From positions 117,103-160,908 of IMG/VR virus record IMGVR_UViG_3300032330_001391: a DNA stretch of 43,806 nt; one strand, given 5' to 3'. Both the position numbers and the translations under genes were made by a program. Below, piece after piece: positions 37,268 to 43,806 of the stretch. The notes below the pieces were generated by a model. The model was not told the origin of the DNA, ran no database searches, and saw nothing but the letters and a program-made list of their open reading frames with translations. Position 1 is the first letter of the stretch. Each line of letters opens with the position of its first letter. The DNA comes from a virus (Duplodnaviria > Heunggongvirae > Uroviricota > Caudoviricetes).

Positions 37268-37327
37268 TGTTTATGTTTTATTTTTTATTATAAATATTGG
37301 TGGTTTAAAGAGGTAACAACTTCCCCA

Positions 37328-39475
37328 TTAAGCTGGGAAAGTTGCACCGGTTGGAAGGATGTTAAAGTCTAAGTATATGAATTCAGCAGTTTTGGTTGGT
37401 TGAATATATATCTGACCTACTAATTGGTTTCTATCGATTACATCAGGTGTGTTGTTTGAATCATCCATGATTACTCTAAACGCATACAAACCTTGTCTTT
37501 GTTGTACTGATGCTAAGTATGGATTTACTTGACTTAAGAATTGGTTTCTTGTTGCGATTGAGTTTTGTTCAAACACTAAGTTTTGAGCAACTTGAGAAAT
37601 GTATGATTTAAGAGCAATTAATAAACGACGTACATTTATACGATCAAGAGCTGATGCCTTTGTTTGTAATGTTTTTTGTCCATATACTACTGTTCCTTGT
37701 CCAGGGAATGTAGCGATTGGGTTTACTTTACCACTATATAATGTATCTCTTTGAGATTGATTTAATTTCCACTCAGCACGTATTACATTACTTAATCCGC
37801 CTCTGTTTATACCAGCTGGGGCAAACCAAGGTTCTGATACACTGTCGTTGTATGCGTACACACCACCAATCATTGTTGACGCTGGTACCCAAACATTTTT
37901 ACCTAAATTAGGATCAACTGTTTGAACCCAAGGCCAATATGAAGTGGCGTATGATGTATTTCTAGAAGCAGCAGCAGATGTTACGGTTGATATTGCTGTT
38001 GTACCGTATGGTACTAAATCTACTACATAAATGCTATCACCTCTATTTTGAGTATTATTTATAGCGGTTGTTATTTGTGATGTTCCTAAAGCAGCTTCAC
38101 TTGAAAATAAACCAGGAGTTAATAATACATTAAATCTATAATCATCTTGATTTGCTAATAAACTAATCATATTATTATAATCACTACCTGTAAGACCTTG
38201 TGTGTTACTAACACCAGATGTTATATTACTATAATAATTAGCTCCTGCACCGAACAAATCACCAACTGCTGCTCCAAAAGTACCACTAGCATTTGTTGGA
38301 ATTGAAGCAGCATATGATGCTACTGGGTTACCGTTATTGTTAAAATAATTTGGTGTGGGGTATAAAATTGAAGATACACCTACATAAGCACTTCTATTTG
38401 GATATGTACCAGTTACATCAATTTGATTAGTGACTGAGTTGTAGCTAGTAACGTAATCACCTATTACAGCTGCTATATAATTTGGAGCAAATGGGTCAAG
38501 TGACAAATTAGTCCATGTTTCTAATACAGTTTGATTATTAGTAGTATCATTACCTCTGCGAATTAATAAATCAAATGTTCCTGAACTTGTGTTTGCATTT
38601 ACAATTTGCCATCTCACATTATCTGCTGAACCACTAGGTAATGCTCCCGCTGAGTCTTCAGTACTAGTGCTATTCATGATAGTACCTTTGGAAAGTGTTC
38701 TTAACGTAAAGGTATTACTTCCTACTCCATTTACACCACCACCTAAAGTAGCTTGTGTTGAGAAATTAGTACTAGATCCTGAACTAAATATAATACCATT
38801 TAAAGCTGAACTAGAAACAGATGATGAAATAATTAAATTAGGAGTTGCATCTGAAGAAGTAACAAAATTAAAAGTATTAGTACCACTAGGTCCTAAAACA
38901 CTGTTTAATTTAGTTTTTAAATTATTTACTGAAGATGAAATAAAAGGTCCAGCAGCCCCACTACCAGACGCGAAATAATATAGTTTACCATCAACATCAT
39001 CAGCAGGAGTTCCTGATGTAGTAGTGACTATAAACCTAAAAAGTGAGCCATCAGATCCTGTAATCCTAAACTCATTATTATTTGCAAAACTAGAGGCTTG
39101 CCATGCTGTACTAGATACACTAGCAGTAGCAAAAGCGCCAGGTGTAGATGGAACATTATTTAAAATATTACTACTTGTGGCAGATGTAAATGTTCCACTT
39201 ACTACTCTTGATACTAATAGTGTTTCACCACCATTGTTAAAGTAGTTATATGCTGCTATTGATGTAAAGTAAGTGTATGCTTGTCCTCCACTATTAAATG
39301 TAGTACCAAATTTTGCTTGGTAATCACTGTATGATGTTACAATAGTAGGAATTTCTACAGGACCTTTAACTGTAGGTCCAATAAGAGCAGCCCCAACAGT
39401 AATAGGGCCTTGGGAAATAAACGACTGGTCGTTTTCTGTTGCGAGTACGCCGGGAGATATTAAAGTTTCTGCCAT
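37328..39475 (-). CDS. Contractile tail sheath protein (T4 gp18-like)
   Basis: ISPGVLATEND, GPTVKGP, YATSYWPWV, WFAPAGINRG, VVYGQKTL, DRINVRRLL, IQPTKTAEFIYLDF. Confidence 0.96.
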   Translation of the reverse strand: MAETLISPGVLATENDQSFISQGPITVGAALIGPTVKGPVEIPTIVTSYSDYQAKFGTTFNSGGQAYTYFTSIAAYNYFNNGGETLLVSRVVSGTFTSATSSNILNNVPSTPGAFATASVSSTAWQASSFANNNEFRITGSDGSLFRFIVTTTSGTPADDVDGKLYYFASGSGAAGPFISSSVNNLKTKLNSVLGPSGTNTFNFVTSSDATPNLIISSSVSSSALNGIIFSSGSSTNFSTQATLGGGVNGVGSNTFTLRTLSKGTIMNSTSTEDSAGALPSGSADNVRWQIVNANTSSGTFDLLIRRGNDTTNNQTVLETWTNLSLDPFAPNYIAAVIGDYVTSYNSVTNQIDVTGTYPNRSAYVGVSSILYPTPNYFNNNGNPVASYAASIPTNASGTFGAAVGDLFGAGANYYSNITSGVSNTQGLTGSDYNNMISLLANQDDYRFNVLLTPGLFSSEAALGTSQITTAINNTQNRGDSIYVVDLVPYGTTAISTVTSAAASRNTSYATSYWPWVQTVDPNLGKNVWVPASTMIGGVYAYNDSVSEPWFAPAGINRGGLSNVIRAEWKLNQSQRDTLYSGKVNPIATFPGQGTVVYGQKTLQTKASALDRINVRRLLIALKSYISQVAQNLVFEQNSIATRNQFLSQVNPYLASVQQRQGLYAFRVIMDDSNNTPDVIDRNQLVGQIYIQPTKTAEFIYLDFNILPTGATFPA

Positions 39476-39498
39476 GTTCTATATGATTTATGTTTTAT

Positions 39499-39506
39499 TA
39501 TAAATA
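39499..39506 (-). promoter_or_regulatory. Putative late-promoter core TATTTATA (example upstream of the sheath gene)
   Basis: Also at 3454, 16843, 17577, 25522, 33240, 36708, 37289, 39792 and 41611, each shortly upstream of a minus-strand start codon. Confidence 0.55.
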
Positions 39507-39526
39507 TTGCAAAACTGGTCAAGAAC

Positions 39527-39778
39527 CTAGGAAGAACTTGTAAATTCTCCTTTTTCTATGTTTATGGTACCATCACCATATTTTTCTTGTAACATCTTTC
39601 CTAACTCAATTTCTTTTTGTTTTAAGACAGCAAGTCTTGATATGAGTTGGGATTTCTGTTGTTCTAAATCCTGGATGTTGTATTCTATTACACCAAATTG
39701 GTCAGTTAGGGTTAGTCTTTCTTGTTGTACGTCTTTAACTTGTTGTAATTCTTCTTGTTCTAAAACTTTAGTTTCCAT
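39527..39778 (-). CDS. Small coiled-coil hypothetical protein
   Basis: Gln/Glu/Leu heptads ending LQEKYGDGTINIEKGEF; has its own upstream motif. Confidence 0.65.
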   Translation of the reverse strand: METKVLEQEELQQVKDVQQERLTLTDQFGVIEYNIQDLEQQKSQLISRLAVLKQKEIELGKMLQEKYGDGTINIEKGEFTSSS

Positions 39779-39835
39779 AATATATTTTTGTTATAAATAT
39801 TGTATTATTTAGTTAAAACATTTTTATTTAGTGTT

Positions 39836-41287
39836 TTAAGCTATTTGTTGAATAATAAATTGAGTATTTAAATCTGCTCTAATTGTTTCCCCGGATAATG
39901 CTGTGTTATTATTTGTACATCTAATTTTAATGTCTGTATTGGAACCAGGTGCATATATAAATTCTAAAGTTCCATCACTAATATTATTAGTTGCATTAGA
40001 TGATTGTATTATTTCAGTAGTGGGACCTATTTGAACATTTGCACTAGTATAACATGAAAATTGTAAATTATATGAAGCAGCAGCACCCCATGCTAAACGA
40101 GCAGTAACTCTATAAACTTTACCTCCTGTTAATGAAGCAACACCAGTTGATGTATTAAACGATATTCCTTTTGAAACAGAAACATTATTGAATATAATAT
40201 CTGTATTTGCCCAAGCTGATCCCACTGTTTGAGAACTTCCACTTCTAGTAGCATATAAATAATCATTTGGTAATCCCGAATATGCAGATGCTGTTACTGC
40301 TCCTACAAATTGTGTATTACCTGTTTGTAAATCTGTTATAATATACGCAATTGTACTTCCTCCAGTATTAGTACCTTTAAGTAATCTAAATTGGTTTTGA
40401 TAAGTATCCAACATTGAAGCTGAAGAATATAATCCTCCAGATGCTGCTAATAATATTTGGCCTCCTTCTCCTGCCCCTGATGTAGGTATTGGTGGATATA
40501 TATTTAATGTATTTTCAGTAGATGGAGTGCTAGTAACATTACCAATAGTCACATTTTGGTTCAATGTATTAACATATGAAGCTGTTCTAGCCGTAGTAGA
40601 GTTTGTAGCGTTAACTGCGTTTGTTGCCCAAGATGCTGTACCAAATAATGACCCAGTAAAACCTAAACTTGCTGATATGGCTCCCGGTGTACTAATTTTA
40701 TCTCGAACTGACCAATCTAAATTAGTATTTCCTGTTGAATCTTTTAAGGTTCTTCTATTCCAATCAATACTAGTTACTAAAGATGGGTCTATTAAAAGTC
40801 TATTATCCCATTCAATACTTTTACCTCCTTCTGATGTGTCATATAATGTTCTTTCACCCCATGTTAATGAAGTTATATTTGAATTATCATATAAAACGTT
40901 ATTTTCCCAATTTACTGTATTTATGTTACTAGAATTGTATAATTGTCTAGTAGATGTATCTAAACTTTGAGATACACTCAATGAACCAGTTATACCTAAT
41001 GAACCAGTAATTAAGGCTGAACCTGTGTATGGAAATGCGTTTCCGCCTCCAGACCCAGTGGCTACAGTCACATCAAATGTACTGTTATCTCCTTTAGTAA
41101 AAGTAATTACATTATTTACTGCTGATGCGGTAACTACAGCATTTGGAGTATAGGATGCTGTATCAGCGTATGATGCACTATCAGATGTACCTCCACCTCC
41201 TGCTGTACCTAATTTATCTTGTAGATAATAGGATACAAGAGGAAACTCTTGAACAGGTACTTGATCTAAAAATGGATTTCTAGGCAT
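39836..41287 (-). CDS. Tail fibre / receptor-binding protein with 16-aa Trp repeats and a C1q/TNF-like beta-sandwich tip
   Basis: ITGSL repeats, five SxxW.xR.L.D units, and C-terminal DIIFNNV...FNTSTGVASLTGGKVYRVTA. Confidence 0.72.
   Translation of the reverse strand: MPRNPFLDQVPVQEFPLVSYYLQDKLGTAGGGGTSDSASYADTASYTPNAVVTASAVNNVITFTKGDNSTFDVTVATGSGGGNAFPYTGSALITGSLGITGSLSVSQSLDTSTRQLYNSSNINTVNWENNVLYDNSNITSLTWGERTLYDTSEGGKSIEWDNRLLIDPSLVTSIDWNRRTLKDSTGNTNLDWSVRDKISTPGAISASLGFTGSLFGTASWATNAVNATNSTTARTASYVNTLNQNVTIGNVTSTPSTENTLNIYPPIPTSGAGEGGQILLAASGGLYSSASMLDTYQNQFRLLKGTNTGGSTIAYIITDLQTGNTQFVGAVTASAYSGLPNDYLYATRSGSSQTVGSAWANTDIIFNNVSVSKGISFNTSTGVASLTGGKVYRVTARLAWGAAASYNLQFSCYTSANVQIGPTTEIIQSSNATNNISDGTLEFIYAPGSNTDIKIRCTNNNTALSGETIRADLNTQFIIQQIA
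40953..41035. repeat. 83-bp direct repeat shared between two tail-fibre genes (second copy 43724-43806)
   Basis: 7 mismatches in 83 bp by manual alignment; both copies encode FPYTGSALITGSLGITGSLSVSQSLDTS. Confidence 0.85.
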
Positions 41288-41295
41288 ATATTCAG

Positions 41296-41595
41296 TTAAA
41301 CATCAATAGCATCAGAAAAGTCTGATGTTGTCTTAATATAAATATAAGACTGTTTAACTGGGTTTGTGCTGTTATCTAATTCTTCTGGAGAAAAGTAGGT
41401 ATCAAATGATTCTGCTGTTATTATGAATTGTTTTATATCTAATGCTTTTTTACCATCTAATCTAGCTTGTTGATTAAAATATCCATATAATGTTACTGAA
41501 CCGAATTTACGTTCATAGTCCAATAATGTTTTAGTTACTCTCCAATAAGAAGCAGATGCTCCTGATGAATGTTGTATTGATTTTTGTAGTGCCAT
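41296..41595 (-). CDS. Small tail-fibre-associated hypothetical protein
   Basis: ASYWRV...GYFNQQAR...Y.YIKT; located among fibre genes. Confidence 0.55.
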   Translation of the reverse strand: MALQKSIQHSSGASASYWRVTKTLLDYERKFGSVTLYGYFNQQARLDGKKALDIKQFIITAESFDTYFSPEELDNSTNPVKQSYIYIKTTSDFSDAIDV

Positions 41596-41619
41596 TTTAT
41601 ATATTTTTGTTATAAATAT

Positions 41620-41874
41620 TTACATAATAAATTGAATTGGATATATCCACTCAATATTGTTATTCACAATAATAAGCATTTCTTGTTCATCATAAGGACC
41701 TTCAAAAAAAGTTAGATTATCTAAAAAACTAAGCGTTTTTGATGGACTTGTATGTATAATTGTCTTTTCCTTGTTTATAGATAATCTCAGAGTTTCTGCA
41801 GATGTTTCTTCTATGACACCAAAATCCACTTGGCTTAATTCAGATGTTTTTATTATGTAGTATGATTTTTCCAT
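41620..41874 (-). CDS. Small hypothetical protein in the fibre cluster
   Basis: Translationally coupled to the LamG-like gene. Confidence 0.55.
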   Translation of the reverse strand: MEKSYYIIKTSELSQVDFGVIEETSAETLRLSINKEKTIIHTSPSKTLSFLDNLTFFEGPYDEQEMLIIVNNNIEWIYPIQFIM

Positions 41875-42632
41875 TATCCTATCCCAAATCGTTGTTTTTG
41901 TGCATTAAAATTTTGGCTAACTTCAGCAGTTGATAAAGCTCTGTTGTACAATCGTAGTGTGCTTATTCTTGTATTTGTGAATACAGAAGGTGATAAAGAT
42001 GGACGAGCTGCTATTCTGTAAGGAGCTGTTGTTTGTGACGATGTAAAGGCAGCTGCTGTTGCTCCTTTAAAAACTCCATTTCTATAAAAACTCATTGAAA
42101 CACCAGTATACGTTAAGACCAGATGTTGCCAGTTATTATAGTAACTGCTAGTTGGAACTAATTCGTTGACATTTGTACTCACTGCTCCACCCAATCTTTC
42201 ACAATACACAAAAGCACTTCCTGATGATGCAGGTACATTGGCTGTATTCTGAGTGTAGGATATATCCCACCCATGGTTACCTCCAACTGCTGAATCATAT
42301 CGTCCAAATATTACAAAATAACTTTGTCCATTAGCCATTGGTTGTGGGTATACCCATACTTCTGCTGTGTAAGAAGAAGTACCGTTAAAGGCATAAGTAG
42401 TATTGTAAGGTATTAAACCACTCTGGTTTACACCATTAAAACCTAAATATCCACCAAACGAGCTGCTATAAGCTGGAGTGTTTACCAACGACATTGTTGG
42501 CATTGTATTGGAAACTAAGTTATTAACAAAGGTGTTTGTTGTATTGTAGGATGTTCGATCTGATGAATCTAAATGTAGGACTAGACCATCTGATACAATG
42601 TTAGGACTTTGATATGAAAACGCTGCGAACAT
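41874..42632 (-). CDS. LamG/concanavalin A-like lectin-domain virion protein
   Basis: GLVLHLD, GFNGVNQ, YTAEVWVYP, WQHLVLTY...FYRNG, LRLYNRALSTAEVSQNF. Confidence 0.88.
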   Translation of the reverse strand: MFAAFSYQSPNIVSDGLVLHLDSSDRTSYNTTNTFVNNLVSNTMPTMSLVNTPAYSSSFGGYLGFNGVNQSGLIPYNTTYAFNGTSSYTAEVWVYPQPMANGQSYFVIFGRYDSAVGGNHGWDISYTQNTANVPASSGSAFVYCERLGGAVSTNVNELVPTSSYYNNWQHLVLTYTGVSMSFYRNGVFKGATAAAFTSSQTTAPYRIAARPSLSPSVFTNTRISTLRLYNRALSTAEVSQNFNAQKQRFGIG

Positions 42633-42633
42633 A

Positions 42634-43806
42634 TTATATAAAATTCTTTAAGCTTGTTCCGTACAATGTTGTAGAATCAAAAGTTATAAAAGATACAATA
42701 TCTGTCACAGATGATGTAGCAGATGCTGTGTAAGGTAATCCATTTGGAAATTTAAACTGAGAACCGTAACTTAAACTACCTGATGGGTTAGGTTGTACTA
42801 TTCTAAGATTAATAGATTGACCAGGTTGTATATTACTAGCTGTCAGTATTGTATTTCTACTACCTGATAATGTTAGTGTAAATATATTTCCTAAAGCACA
42901 ATTCAAAGACGCAGTTTGATTATTAGGTGTAATATCTACAACTCTACCATACAATGAACCAGTCATTATAAGACTACCAGTAATTGTAAGAGATCCTGTT
43001 ATTATATGTGTATCTGTAACTGCATTTCCTATAGTTACACCAGTGCCGGTCACTACAAATTCAGTTGAACTACCACTTACAACACTAAACTGTGTTGGTG
43101 ATACACTAGCAGTTACAGATCCTGTTGCTATTTGTGTTGATGAACCTCCAGCTGCATTTAAAGCATATGACGCTGTTAAAGCATAGGATGCACTTGTAGC
43201 ATTACTAGCCCAACTTGCTGTGCCAAATAATGAACCTGTAAATCCTTGAGTAGCTGTTATTGAACCTGTAGCAGTGGTATTTCCTTTTATATCTATTTGT
43301 AGTCCTGTTGGTGTTCCAAAATATGTGCTATTTCCTGCCCAACTTAATACTGTATCTCCTTTTATATTGTTTAACCTTCTATTACTCCAGTCTATACTAC
43401 TTGTACCATTTTGATCATAAATTAAATAATCATCCCATTGTATTATTGGTGTTTGTCCTGAGTTGTATAGTGTTCTATTACTCCAATCAACACTTTGTAT
43501 TATCCCGGATGAATCAATTAATATTCTACCAGCCCAATCAAGACTAGTATTACCACCCTCGTCAAATAATAATCTTACATTCCATGCAGCTGCTTCAGTA
43601 TTATCACTATCATATAAAGTTCTACCACCCCAATTCAGTGAACTAGAGGCATTATAGCCATTTAAAGTTAAATCATTCCAATTTAATACTGCTATTCCTC
43701 CAGGAATAAGTAGTGTTCTAGCGGATGTATCTAAACTTTGAGATACACTTAATGAACCAGTTATACCTAATGAACCTGTAATAAGTGCTGAACCGGTGTA
43801 TGGGAA
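42634..43806 (-). CDS. Partial tail fibre protein running off the right edge
   Basis: The track ORF 42634..43053 begins at an internal GTG. The frame is open to 43806 (FPYTGSALITGSLGITGSL..., eight Trp repeats, GFTGSLFGTASWA). Confidence 0.8.
   Translation of the reverse strand, partial: FPYTGSALITGSLGITGSLSVSQSLDTSARTLLIPGGIAVLNWNDLTLNGYNASSSLNWGGRTLYDSDNTEAAAWNVRLLFDEGGNTSLDWAGRILIDSSGIIQSVDWSNRTLYNSGQTPIIQWDDYLIYDQNGTSSIDWSNRRLNNIKGDTVLSWAGNSTYFGTPTGLQIDIKGNTTATGSITATQGFTGSLFGTASWASNATSASYALTASYALNAAGGSSTQIATGSVTASVSPTQFSVVSGSSTEFVVTGTGVTIGNAVTDTHIITGSLTITGSLIMTGSLYGRVVDITPNNQTASLNCALGNIFTLTLSGSRNTILTASNIQPGQSINLRIVQPNPSGSLSYGSQFKFPNGLPYTASATSSVTDIVSFITFDSTTLYGTSLKNFI

Noticed and set aside
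37305-37327. Possible terminator hairpin after the sheath gene
   Set aside because: Only a weak, mismatched stem (GGGGAAG/TTACCTC) with no clear U tract.

Overview
AT-rich segment of a large lytic myovirus with T4-like modules. Every convincing gene lies on the minus strand. The host is most likely a Bacteroidota bacterium, based on seven TTTG-N20-TATATT(T/A)N promoter-like sites, an SprB-repeat gene and Gln-type signal peptides. In transcription order (right to left) the window holds: tail-fibre genes; contractile tail (sheath, tube, assembly chaperone with a probable frameshift, tape measure, baseplate hub with two peptidoglycan hydrolases); replication/recombination genes (divergent PolA-like, gp32-like SSB, RecA/UvsX, 5'-3' exonuclease, DnaB-like helicase, class II RNR); a candidate virion-packaged ADP-ribosyltransferase; a lysis cassette (holin-like, spanin-like, GH19 endolysin); a 7-deazaguanine modification cluster (TGT/DpdA-like, queC, queD, queE, folE, all with atypical motifs); and dUTPase, PolB, sliding clamp, GroES/GroEL and clamp loader. 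No tRNA, rRNA, CRISPR array, integrase or transposase was recognised. All family calls come from motif recognition by eye; no database search was run.
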